From Raja brachyura (taxonomy: Eukaryota): 64,000 nt of DNA. The notes beneath the pieces are model-generated. The model was given only the letters and a program-made list of their open reading frames with translations. It searched no databases and had not been told where the DNA came from. Positions 10,452-23,060 of the stretch are shown piece after piece. Each line of letters opens with the position of its first letter. The first letter of the stretch is position 1. The translations under genes and the position numbers were made by a program. The DNA is taken from positions 17,546,001 through 17,610,000 of the forward strand of contig OY740820.1 in NCBI GenBank assembly GCA_963514005.1. Direction: 5' to 3'.

Positions 10452-11915
10452 CAGTCATAGAGTTATGCAGCGCGAAATCAGGCCCTTGGCCTAACTTGCC
10501 CACACCGGCCAACAATGTGCCAGCTACACTAGTCCCACCTGCCTGGGTTTGGTCCATATCCCTCCAAACCTGTCCTATATCCATGTACCTGTCTAACTGC
10601 TTCTTAAACATTGGGATAGTCCCAGGGTCAACTACCTCCTCTGGCAGCTTGTTCCATACACCCACCATCCTTTGTGTGAAAATGTTATCCCTCAGATTCC
10701 TACTAAATCTTCTCCCCTTCACCTTAAACCGATGTCCTCTGGTCCTCATTTCACTGACTCTGGGCAAGAGACTGCATCTACCCAATCTATTCCTCTATAA
10801 GGTCGCCCCTCATCCTCCTGTGCTCCAGGGAATAGAGTCCCAGCATACTCAACCTCTCCCTGCAGCTCAGACCCTCCAGTCCTGGCAACATCCTCATAAA
10901 TCTTCCCTGCAAAAGGGGAATTACAACGGCATCTGGGGGTTCGTTTTCATCAGTCAATGAAAGTAAGCATGCAGGTACGGCAGCCAGTGAAGAAAGCAAA
11001 TGGCATGATGGCCTTTATAACAAGAGGAGTTGAGTATAGGAGCACAGGTCCTTCTGCAGTTGTATAGGGCCCTAGTGAGACCACACCTGGAATATAGTGT
11101 GTAGTTGTGGTCTCCAAATTTGAGGAAGGACATTCTTGCTATTGAGGGAGTGCATCGTAGGTTCACAAGGTTACTTCCTGGGATGGCAGGACTGTCGTTT
11201 ACTAAGAGAATGGAGCAACTCAGTTTATATACTCTGGAATTTAGAAGGATGAGAGGATATTTAATTGAAACATATAAGATTGTTAAGGGTTTGGACACGC
11301 TAGGGGCAGGAAACATGTTCCCGATGTTGGGGGAGTCCAGAACCAGGGGCCACAGTTTAAGAATCAGGGGTAAGCCATTTAGAACGCAGATGAGGAAACA
11401 CTTTTTCCACAGAAAGCTGTGAGTCTGTGGAATTCTCTGCCTCAGAGGACGGTGGGGGCCGGTTCTTTGGTAACTTTCAAGTGAGAGCTAGATAGGGCTC
11501 TAGAAAATAGCGGTCAGAGGATATGGGGAGGAGCCAGGAACGGGGTACTGATTGTGGATGATCAGCCATGTACACATTGAATGGCGGTGCAGATTTGAAG
11601 GGCCGAATGGCCTACTCCTGCACCTATCGTCTATTGTCTGTACCCTTTCCAGCTTGACAACATCTTTCCTATAACATGGTGCCCAGAACTGAACACAATA
11701 CTCCAAATGCGGTCTCACCAATGTCTTATACAACTGCAACGTGAGCTCCCAACTTGATGAAGGTTAATGTACCAAAAGCCTTTTTGACCACCTCACCCAC
11801 CTGCATCTCGACCTTCAAGGAACCATGCACATGCACTTCTCGATCCCTCTGCTCTTCAACACTACCCAGAGCCCTACCATTCACTGTGTTAGACTTCCAA
11901 AAATGAAACACCTCA
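10452..11915 (-). mobile_element. CR1 subfamily B fragment split by a nested CR1 (pieces 10452-10909 and 11640-11915)
   Basis: Minus-strand ORFs [19 protein letters not shown]..., RFMRMLPGLEGLS..., FTQRMVGVWNKLPEEVV; the halves join as in the uninterrupted copy near 15000-15050. Confidence 0.88.
10910..11638 (+). mobile_element. CR1 subfamily A 3' fragment nested in opposite orientation
   Basis: WSPNLRKDILAIEGVHRRFTRLLPGM...TRGHSLRIRG plus 3'UTR. Confidence 0.9.
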
Positions 11916-12577
11916 CATTTCTCTGTAATTGTGTAATCTCATAAATCCCCATAAAAATAAAGGAACATTAAATCTCAAAAACATCGCAATTTCACCCGTT
12001 TCATTTTTACCCAATTCCTTCACTGTTCCTTGGCAGTGACAGTAAGAAAGTGAAATGTTTTTTCTCCTCAGTTCTACATTGATTGTCTCCAAAGTACACT
12101 GACTAAGAATCCATGCATTCTCCAGCACCTGTGAACATTTTTAGTAACCCAATCTTTTGTTCTTTAATGAATACAATAACTATTATTGACAGCGAAATGT
12201 TCATGTCTCAAGTGAATTAAACTGCATTTTAGAAAATTACATTCAACAGACACACTGCAATGACTCAATTCTCACAAATTACAAAGCTATATAACAGAAT
12301 TGACGATAATTTTATTCTCATCAACAGGGGGCACATTGCATTCTTAAGTACAACATGTCCTTGCATGAAGTCACGTAATTTTCAATTTGAATTCAAACCA
12401 ACTTCAGAAAGTTGCCTGATAAAATTATGTCAAGGTCATCACAACTTTAGAGATGAGATAAAGATTTGAATGTGTGTTAGCGCCTCAAAAGTAGAAGTTG
12501 TTTGAATTATACAAGCTTCATCAAAGTGAAAGCAGCAATAAGCTCCTAACAAAATAAACAGAACAACAGAATGAATG

Positions 12578-12779
12578 ATAGACACAAAAAGCTGTGTCTG
12601 GAGTAGCTCTGTGGGCCAGACAGCATCTCTGGAGAAAAGGAATAGGTGACATTTCGGGTTGAAACCCGTCTTCAGTCTGGACCTGAAACATCGGCTATTC
12701 CTTCTCTCCAGAGAACTGCCGAGCTCCTCCAGCTTCTTGTGTTTATCTTTTAAACTAGCATCTGCAGTTCCTTCCTACA
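12578..12779. mobile_element. Palindromic Penelope-derived repeat
   Basis: Inverted arms around a partly deleted centre. Confidence 0.75.
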
Positions 12780-14459
12780 CAACACAATTCATGATTTAAA
12801 CTAACAAGGTAAACACTGAAAACAGCAAATAGCAGAGATAGAAGCATTTTTGCAACAGAGTAAGATAGGGAGGGAGGTGACAGAATAAATATGAAGTACT
12901 GGTAACTTGACAGCCCATTAACTAGCATAAAGGTCCACAGTGGGGAAGAATTTAACAGAACATACTATCTATATACCTTAAACAAATATATTCCAAAGAG
13001 CACAAATCCAGACTATTTGACGTTCTTTTGAATCCTGCACAAATCAGGAGCTAAAATGCCAAGATAAGAAATCACCTTGCAAGGCTTTATAGCAAAAAAA
13101 GTGTTCTAGTTTTGTACCAATGTTGCCAGGAGATACCATACCACATTGAAAAAAACTTTTCAATCAAATTTTCCAATGTCAAATAGAAAATCAGAACAAA
13201 GGGAATAACTTCCAAGTGGGTTAAAATGCAAGTTTAAGTAATATATGTCTTCAGAAAGTTGCAAGAAAGTGCGAAGCAATGCTCAGGTAACCATGAATAC
13301 AAAACTAATTACATTAAAATGAATGTATGTACTTACATGCCAAAATGGAGAAAGGCAGCAAATCAGGAATAAAAACACAGCCATCTTAGCTAACAAAATA
13401 ATGAACGGTGTGACAATCTGCATGGGAAACCAAGAGATCCTCTTGTATGCACTGTTTTTCTCTTAGCAATCAGAGGAGTGAGACACACCTCATTTTATCG
13501 CGTGGTTCAATAAACATGACGAACAAAGTGAAAACATCCTACAATGCTTCTGTTGATAAATACATTACTTATTACCACAAAATAAAACTAAACATAGTTC
13601 AAAACTACCTCATAGTTCACCGGAAATAAAAGGATTTGAACACAGACTGGAAGTTTCTTTGGTGCTGATCCACATCTAATATTTGTATAAATTACAGAAG
13701 AAAAAAGTTTTTTTTTTAAATGATAAAGCCACTATAATGTATTGGCTGCAGTTCTCAAGAAATTAGAAGCCGTAAGCTTCCATGCTGGAAGCTGTTTTCT
13801 TGATAATGCAATTGTTCAAATGTTTCTTCTAAAGAATATAGCTTTTGTCAAATACATGCTATTAGCACGAGCTGAATAACAAAGAAGCACATTGATGCTT
13901 TTGTGAACATTTTTTATAATTTAAAATTGTTATGAAACAGCAATTTAATTTCTCAGAGTAAACAAGCAATTAATGAACATTGGGGGGGAAAAAGATCAAG
14001 ATTTATATTTCTATTCATAAGGACAAAAAACACTGATTATTTACATGTTCCCAACATAAAGGAACAGCTCGAAGTGATTTATGAACTTTCAAATATTTTG
14101 TTAATTGTATTCTATAAAACTAATTAACAAATTTAAATGCTGAAATTTCATTTATGGCTTTCCCAGTCAATGCAAAATGAACTGTAATTAATAAGTGACA
14201 AAGGCAAAAACATTGCTTTTTCTTAAAATAGACTTAAGATTGATCTTACATTTGAAATATGGAGCATTAAATCATTACCACCGATAGTGGTTAAATCATT
14301 ACCACCGATGAAATTTATGTTCAAGTCTAGCTTCAATTGATCTTTTATCTGGAGCTTCCACTAACTTCTGTTCATATCATAGGGTCATGCAGCACAGAAA
14401 CCCACCTTTTGGCCCACCTAGTCCATACTAGCAATGACCAATGTACACTATTCATGTCC

Positions 14460-15052
14460 TAATGAGACAGTGTGGAAACAAGCCCTTCGGCCCAACATGG
14501 TCACACCGGCCAACATATCCCATCTGCCTGCACTTGGTCCATATCTCTCCAAACCTGTCCTATCTATGTACCTGCCTTTATGTGTTATGTTAAATTCTAT
14601 AGTGTTCTGTTTATCTTACTTGTGTGCTGCATGGCAAGTCAAATTTCAGTGCACCAATTGGTGTATGTGACAATAAATGTCCTTTGTCTAACTGTTTATT
14701 AAACGTTGGAATAGTCCCAGCCTCAACTACATCCTCTGGCAGATTGTTCCATACACCCACCACCCTTTGTGTGAAAATGTTACCCCTAATTTCTATTGAA
14801 TCTTTTCACCTTCACCTTGAAACTATGTCCTCTGGTCCTCGATTCCCCTACTCTGGGCAAGAGACTCTGTGCATCTATTCCTCTCATGATTTTGTACACC
14901 TCTATAAGATCATCCCTCATCCTCCTGCGCTCCAAGGAATAGAGACTCAGCCTACTCAACCTCTCCTTATAGCTCTCACCCTCTAGTCCTGGCAACATCC
15001 TCGTAAATCTTCGCTGAACCCTTTCAAGCTTGACAATATCTTTCCCATAACA
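14460..15052 (-). mobile_element. CR1 subfamily B fragment with nested Rex/Babar-type tail (+, about 14574-14686)
   Basis: MLPGLEGESYKERLSRLSLYSLERRRMR...; insert ends gcaccaattggtgtatgtgacaataaa. Confidence 0.85.
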
Positions 15053-15089
15053 GTGTGGAGCAATTTTGACATGCTGACATCTTCAGTAA

Positions 15090-15315
15090 CTCTCCACAGA
15101 TTCTACCACTCATCAACAAGCAATAAGGGCAAACTACATCGGATCAATGACCGACCAACCTGCAAGTTGTTGGGACGTGGGGGCAAACCGGAGCACCCAA
15201 AGGAAACCCACTAAAGTCACAAGGAAAATGTACAAACTCCACAGAGAGAGCACCACAAATCACGGTTGTACCTGGTCACTGGAGCTATGAGGTTTTGGCT
15301 CCACTAGCTGCACCA
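15090..15315 (-). mobile_element. HE1-like SINE
   Basis: gggacgtgggggcaaaccggagcaccc...tacaaactccacagagagagcacc. Confidence 0.7.
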
Positions 15316-15423
15316 ATACATGGTCAAATAGTAGAAAAATGCTTTTTAAAATTGGTCAATTATTCAATCATAACACTCAGGCAAATTGAAATGATGGTTC
15401 CTGAAAAATTGATTGGAATAGAG

Positions 15424-15657
15424 CAAGGGTTCCCAACCTGGGGTAAATTTACCCTCAGGGTGTAAATTCCGCCTACCCAGTGGGTAAATTTATTGATTCT
15501 GGATTTGTACATATATTTTCTCACTGACTGACTGTGTTTGGTTCTGGTATACCGGCATCTGTTCATCATTAATTGTTCATAAATAAGTGAATTAACATTG
15601 ATATGTGCTATTAAAGTTGCCAGGGGTAAACGGGACAAAATAGGTTGGGAACCGCTG
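15424..15657. mobile_element. hAT (Charlie-like) MITE, 234 bp
   Basis: TIRs CAAGGGTTCCCAACCT / AGGTTGGGAACCGCTG; perfect 8-bp TSD GAATAGAG (15416-15423, 15658-15665). Confidence 0.9.
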
Positions 15658-16765
15658 GAATAGAGCTCAATGCTCCAGCAGTTCAATGAACTTTAGTTTT
15701 ACATCTATTCAATGCCGCTTACTTGTACCCAGCAGTTGGTGCTGAGAATCAAAGATAATTTCATTCAAACTATTTCACGAGACATTAGTTCCTGGAGTTA
15801 TGTTTTTGAAATAAAAATCATGAGTTTAGCAGCCTTCATATTTCCAATTAGTATTTTTCTCTGCTCCTGAAGCCAATGTTATGTTCTCTTTTATAAACAA
15901 TGCTGATCCAAAGATCAGATGATATGCAAAGAATACAAATACTGGTAATCGAAAAGATGTTAGAACTGAGCAATATTGTTTGATACAGTAGATGTGATAT
16001 TGTTATTTCTTGTTTAATTGTGACAGTTTGAAATTGTCATGGCAGTATTCAGAATGTTTATATGCCTGATTTACCAGTTATTTGAATACCAAATATCCAG
16101 ACTGAATATTTTGCAGGCAGTGCTGTGCTGAAGCATTCATGAAAGAAAAATGAATCAGAATTGCTGTTGGGAAAATAAAAAGTGTTTCTCAAATGTTATC
16201 AAAGATCGGGTAGTTGAAGCAAGTAGCATATTTGCCTTAGATCAATGAAGGAGATGAAGGAGCACATAAACAAAGGCTATTCAGAGGAGCATCTGTGCAG
16301 ACAATCCATTGCATGGAATAGACCTGTTAGACAGAACATTCTGTTCTTTTCTGTGAAGACAAAGTAATTTATTGAAGATATGCAGCAACAATAAGTTAAA
16401 CCAAGATGACAATGATATCTATGCTGAATTAAATACACCCTACACTGCAAGGCTCTGACGACAGAACATAGATATTTTGCCTTCGGATAGTCTAAGTTTG
16501 TACATATGGCTACAGAAAATGAGGGACAAAATGGATTATTTTAGGATGCGGGGCAATTGTATAACTATACCTGTATAACTATAACTAGGTTCAAATGTCG
16601 ATGAGTACATTTTGTGTGTATCTGTTTTGCACCATTTGCAGTTTGCATCATTAAACCTGCTTTTAAATTCTCATCCTTTGGTGGAGCAGTTTAATTGTAA
16701 TTAAAGCAACAGCAAACATAATAAAAATATGATCTGCCCTCTAACGCGAATACATCATGTTGCAA

Positions 16766-16929
16766 GACACTAAATGCTGGAGTAACTCAGCGGGACAGGC
16801 AGCATCTCTCGAGAGAAGGAATGGATGCTGTTTCGGGTTGAGACTTCTCTCCGGAGATGCTGCCTGTGATTTGCTCCAGCATTTTGTGTCTTTCTCTGGT
16901 TTAAACCAGCATCGGCAGTTCCTTCCTAC
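16766..16929. mobile_element. Palindromic Penelope-derived repeat with 14-bp TSD
   Basis: ACATCATGTTGCAA at 16752-16765 and 16930-16943; inverted arms inside. Confidence 0.85.
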
Positions 16930-17080
16930 ACATCATGTTGCAACATCTGCAACAATGAACGTTTTACTTGTCTGCACAAACCTAAGTCGCATTGTAAAAT
17001 ATAAGATAAAGATATAACGTTGCAATTCTGTTTATGCTCATTACTGGAAAATCGTAACGAAAAAGCAATAAAGTGAATAC

Positions 17081-17516
17081 TTAAGAAAGAACTGCAGATG
17101 CTGGAAAAATGGAAGGTAGACAAAAATGCTGGGGAAACTCAGCGGGTGAGGCAGCATCTATGGAGCGAAGAAAATAGGCAACGTTTCGGGTTGAGACGCT
17201 TCTTCAGGCTGATGTGGCAGTGGGTAGGGGGGGGGGGGGAAAGAAAAGAAGAGGCGGAGATGGTGGGCTGTGGGAGAGCTGGGATGGGGAAGGAGGGAGA
17301 AAGCAAGGACTAACTGAAATTGGAGCTCAATGTTCATACCGCTGAGGTGCAAACTACCCAAGCGAAATATGAGGTGCTGCTCCTCCAATTTACGGTGGGA
17401 CTCACTCTGGCCATGGAGGAGGCCCAGGACAGAGAGGTCGGATTCGGAATAGGAGGGGGGAGTTAAAGTGCTGAGCCACCGGGAGATCAGGTTGGTTATT
17501 GCGAACTGTGCGGAGG
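17081..17516 (-). mobile_element. Penelope-like element 3' fragment
   Basis: LEEQHLIFRLGSLHLSGMNIE (GIY-YIG domain C-terminus), poly-C tract and terminal repeat unit. Confidence 0.88.
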
Positions 17517-18079
17517 ATACAGTTGTTTTAATACAAAAAACCTCAGTTGCATGGAATTTAGAGCATAGGAATAGACCAGGAATATGAAGTAGAGATTATG
17601 ACCATCTAAACAGGTAGTTGTACTTCCTACCTGCACTTTTCCATCTTATTTCCATTAGAAACAATCCTGATTGAATTAAGAGACATTTAAATAATTATGA
17701 GGGTAATTAATATATAAACTTGATCAGTACTGCTTAAGCTTTCATTAACAAGAGTTTATTCAAATGGTGGTACCTTTGATTTCCCCCGCTCAAAACTACA
17801 CAATCAATAGCTCCTTCATTTACTCCTCTGGATAACACATTTGCAAAACCAAACAAAAATAAAAACATTAGGATCAGTACAACTTGTAACAATCCATGAA
17901 ACTACCCAATGTCGTAGAAAACAAAATTAGCAAGTGAGCTACTTGAAATGACTTCTCAGTCATTGCACTTTTTAATGTGACCCAAGGCATTATAGAATAA
18001 TTGAAAGGTCCAAATGTCGATGAGTACATTTTGTGTGTATCAGTTTTGCACCATTTGGACTTGACCTGTTTTAACTACA

Positions 18080-19318
18080 CAGCCAAGGAAGACACAAACA
18101 ATCTCCCAGAAATACTAAGGGACCGAGGATTTAGTGGGAGGGAGGAACTGAAGGGAATCTACATTAGTCAGGAAATGGTGTTAGGTAAACTGTTGGGACT
18201 GAAGGCAGATAAATCCCCTGGGCCTGATGGTCCGCATCCCAGAGTACTCAAGGAGGTAGCCCTAGAAATCGTTGATGCATTGGTGATCATTTTCCAATGT
18301 TCTCTTGATTCTGGATCAGTTCCTGTAGACTGGAGGGTTGCCAATGTAACTCTACTTTTTAAGAACCCCAGTTATTTACAATATATATTAACGATTTAGA
18401 CGACGGAATTAAACGTGACATCTCCAGGTTTGCAGATGACACAAAGCTGGGTAGCAGTGTGAGCTGCAAATGGGGATTCTATGAGGCAGCAGGGTGACTT
18501 GGATAGGTTGGGTGAGTGGGCAGATGCATGGCAGATGCAGTACAATGTGGATAAAAGTGCGGTTATCCACTTTGGTGGAAATAACAGGAAGACAGATTAA
18601 CTGAATGGTGTCAGATTAGGAAAAGAGGAGGTGCAACAAGACCTGGGTGTGCTCGTACATCAGTCACTGAAAGTAAGCATGCAGGTACAGCAGGCAGTGA
18701 AGAAAGCTAATGGCATGTTGGCCTTCAGTACGAGAGGATTTGAGTTTAGGAGCAAGGGGGCCCAACAGCAGTTGTACAGGGCCCTGGTGAGACTGCACCT
18801 GGAGTATTGTGTGCAGTTTTGGTCTCCTAATTTGAGGAAGGGCATTATTGCTATTGAGGGAGTTCCCGGGATGGCGGACTGATATTTGATGAAAGAATGG
18901 GTCAACTGGGCTTGTGTGCACTGGAATTTAGGATGAGAGGAGCTTTTATAGAAACATTAAATTCTTTAAGGATTGGACAGGCTAGATGCAGGAAAAATGT
19001 TCCCGATGTTGGGGGAAACCAATCACAGTTTAAGAATAAGGGGTAGGACATTTAGGACTGAGATGAGGAAATGTTTTTTCACCCAGTGAGTTGTGAATCT
19101 GTGGAATTCTCTGCCACAGAAGACAGTGGAGGCCAATTCACTGGATGTTTTCAAGAGAGAGTTAGATTTAGCTCTTAAGACTAAAGGAATCAAGGGATAT
19201 GGGGAAAAAGCAGGAACGGGGTACTGATTTTAGATGATCAGCCATGATCATATTGAATGGCTGTGCTGGCTCAAAGGGCCGAATGGCCTGTTCCTGCACC
19301 TATTTATCTATGTTTCTA
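18080..19318 (+). mobile_element. CR1 subfamily A with large internal deletion near 18365
   Basis: LKADKSPGPDGPHPRVLKEVA...DWRVANVTLLFK jumps directly to PQLFTIYINDLD...ISRFADDTKLG; complete 3'UTR. Confidence 0.92.
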
Positions 19319-19877
19319 GTTACCGGGGTAACAGAATCACCAACATGACTGTTCTCACAAACAATTTTTTAAATTAAATAGAAAACATTACGAGACAGAG
19401 ATAATCAAAGCCATTACAACACCTATACACATATCAAACAAGTTGCAAATTTCCAATGATTATTAATTTCAATTACATAAGAATGAAGTCTGCAACAGAT
19501 CATGACTGTATCTGTTAGTTCATCCATCTGTCAGCAATGGGAGGTGAAGAAATGTTATTTTTTCACCAGATGAGCAGTGAATGGAAAAGAGGCCATGAGC
19601 TCAATAACACTGCAATTATATAGAGATGAATGAACATTAGCAAATATACAAAGCTGTAAATGAGGCAGGACTTTAGTAGAGATGCAAGTGCAAGAACAAG
19701 TTATTTAGATTTATCTCCAAGTTCAGATATTAAATTGAAACAAAATTGTTCCTCTTCAACTGATTGTGTCGTGTGTTGCAATGTTAAAATGTTGGGAGTG
19801 CAGATGTGAGGACATTCTTCATGATGGTTGTGATGGCCAGCACAAGTACAAACGCCTGTTTTTGTGTTGCATCTCTG

Positions 19878-20222
19878 GTCAGATCAGATCAGTTTATAGT
19901 CTATACACCAGAGTGCAATGAAAGTCCCTGTTCACATGAAGCTCGTAGAGTAAATAGTATACATGATAATGATAAATACAACGACAAATAAAACGACGAA
20001 CGCAAAGCAGCAGAAAAGTGCAAAGATTCAGGTGCAAAAAAAAATATTAAAGTGCAATCATGGAATAACCAAATAAAAGTAGAGTAAAAGTCCTAGGCAG
20101 CACCGGCAGGAACGGGGAATGTAAAAGAATATTGGTTCTCTGGTTGATAGCAGTGGAGAAGAAGCTGTTCTTGTGTTTGGACATCCAGGCTTTCAAGTTG
20201 CTGTATCTTCTCCCAGGAGGCT
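19878..20222 (-). mobile_element. Rex1/Babar LINE 3' end
   Basis: Minus strand PPGRRYSNLKAWMSKHKNSFFSTAIN, (CTGAT)n tail. Confidence 0.75.
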
Positions 20223-20449
20223 GAAAATAAATGGAAATGCCAGGATGGCCGGCCTGCTTGACTCCATTAAAATGTATCTTTCATATCATAAAAGTATTTG
20301 TCTATTTGCTGCATATTATTACATATAGATGGAAATATTTTGATCAAAGTTGCTTATCAGCATCGCATAACTGATGAATGCACATTCAACCTCCGATATT
20401 TTCGTTATCTTTGTACAGTCGTTGTTCTTGGATAAAGTGTAATACCAAC

Positions 20450-20730
20450 AATGGGAGTCTAGGTCCAGAGGCCATAGCCTCAGATTATAAGGACGTATCT
20501 TTAGAAAGGAGACGTGGAGGAATTTCTTTAGTCAGAGGGTGATGAATCTGTGGAATTAATTGCCACAGAGGCTATGGAGGCCAAGTCATTGGATATTTAA
20601 AAACCAGAGATTGACAGGTTCCGGATTAGTATGGGCATCAAAGGTTATGGGGAGAAGGCAGGAGAATGGGGTGGAGAGTGAAAGTTAAATCCCAAGATGG
20701 GCTTAGTGGACTAATTCTGCTTCCATTACT
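20450..20730 (+). mobile_element. CR1 3' end
   Basis: SRSRGHSLRL...FFSQRVMNLWN motifs. Confidence 0.8.
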
Positions 20731-22759
20731 TATACCACCCTCAATACTTTATGAAATGTACAGAGCAAAGTGGCCAGATACAAGAAACTTGTGGACTTCC
20801 CTTACCAGTTCACTGAGGATATTGGGAAACTTGTCTTTCAGCCACAATTGCGCTAAAGCCAGCTCCTTTTCCACCCACGCACACACACACTCTGAAGAAC
20901 TTCCCTTAATCTCAGGACAAAAGATGTCCATTGAAGCTATTGGCTCGGTGAATGTTGCTACTGAATCAAACTCATTCCTTAGTCCTTTTATTTGTACAGC
21001 CACATGATGCAGACATTGCTGGCATGACCAATGCTTACTTTCCATCCCTTGTCACCACTGGATTGAAAGAGTGGTTAACTGAGGCACACCGATGGGTGTG
21101 GAGCCATATAAAAACAAAGTGAGTTGTTTTTCAGTTTTTGATTTTACTCCAATTCAGGGATGTGTTTCCAAGTTTTCATTAGCATACAGCAAAATCAATT
21201 AATGTTACACAAAAACAGTCAATAAGATGCATCAATCTTCAGTCTCTGTACCCAAAGATAGATTGAAATAACAAAGCTCCGATATGTCCGTACACTTGTT
21301 GGGAAGGTATTCTATGCGTTTACATTTTTAAGCGGACAGCACGTGTAGGATTTGGACAAAGTGAGAAAGAAAGACGTAATTAAAAAAACTCAGCAGGGCG
21401 AGGCAGAATCTATTGAGCGAAGGAAACACAGATTCACTCCATAGATACTGCCTCACCCGCTGAGTTTCTCCAGCTTTTTTATCTACCTTCGATTTTTCCA
21501 GCATCTGCAGTTCTTTCTTAAACAAGAAAGTCGTAAAGCTTCTTGTCGTATGGAGGTTGTGGATTTTCTTTGTGTTGATGCTTTACTCAAACAGGTATGG
21601 AAGCTAAAGCAATTTACTTTGCAATCAGTCAGTCAATGGGTTCAACAATGAAACTGATCCTGGTGGTCACAGTGTTTTGCTGGTGTCCTTTTAATTAGGA
21701 TAATTGTGCTGTGTTGAACACTGGACTCCGTGGTGGTGAGCCAAAGGGACTGTTCTTATACTGTACTTTTCAAAGTTTCTATTGAACATCTCAGACCCAA
21801 CAACTTTGGCTTCACTTTGTTTTTTCATTCCATTTCTGTCCTTGCTTTTACTATCACAATATTTTTTTCATGTCACACCACTGGCTACCTCACTGTTAAG
21901 AAAGGGAATGCTTATGGAGCTTCAATCGCTTGCTAGTTGTTTAAATGCACACCATTCATGGGTGCATAGACAGGACGACAGACTTTGATTTGATCTGTTG
22001 GCAATGGCAGAGCCTTGAATGTACAAACTATATGCCACCCACTCTGGGATAAGATTTTGAAGAATGAATAATTCAGTTCCCGATGCTGTTCCTGACATGC
22101 TCTTCCAATTCCCTTGTTGAACCAAGTCTATATTAAGTGTAGACAAAGGAAATGCCAGGCCGTGCAGTTACATTTGGCCTACAATTCTAGTGTTGCTGGA
22201 GAGACACTACACCTCATGTTCGGAATCTATCCCATTTAGTAGAGTGATTGTGATGCAGAATCTCCTCATTGTGTAGATAAAATTTGCCTCTGCAACAATT
22301 GTGTTACTGTAGTTACTTCTACCAAAACTATCAGAGATACACCAGTGGCAAAGATTTGAGAGAAAGTTTGGGCTATTTCTTTTTTTTGGCTCTCCCGTCA
22401 ATTTATATCCAGTCTTATACTTACAAGCTTTCACTTAACTGATCAATGAAATGGCTCTCCCAATTTATGCAAGACCCTATTTATTGTTGAGGAAGACTGT
22501 GGGCAAAAAGTTACTGGTGGGATATATGATTACCACGAAGTCATACACTTTAATTGAAAAATGGTCAAATATACATCACTTTATTGTTGAATCGCTAGTT
22601 TCTTTAACCAGGCATATCTTTTATAATTGTCCTTGAAGCTTGAAGGAAATGTTCTACTTTTCCTCAGGTCCCTTGACACTGGTTTTAATGACCCTTCAAA
22701 TAGCATCCCCTCACAAGTGCATCAGTAGATTGTTAAGAAACTATGAAGATTCTAGCTTT

Positions 22760-23060
22760 GTTCTCGTCTCGTTGAGTCTCATTGTCCGTAACTCGCTTTC
22801 ATCTAGCCCACAGCTAACAATGGCCTGTTTCCTTTATCATCGTTACTTATTTAATGAATATCTTTCATTCATTTGTTCTATATCTCTCTATATCACCGTC
22901 AATATCTCTAGTTTCCCTTTCCCGAGTCTGTCTGAAGAATGGTCTTGACCCAAAACGTCACCTGTTCCTTTTCTCCAGAGATGCTGCCTGACCCGCTGAC
23001 TTACTCCAGTGTTCTGTGTCTATCTCCGGTTTAAACCAGCATCTGCAGTTCCTTCCTGTA
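22760..23060 (+). mobile_element. Penelope-derived 3' region, longer variant
   Basis: Pyrimidine-rich body then ctgaagaatggtcttgacccaaaacgtcacc...cagcatctgcagttccttcc. Confidence 0.75.

Noticed and set aside
14267-14310. Short tandem duplications (also 29258-29305)
   Set aside because: Ordinary slippage-type duplications.
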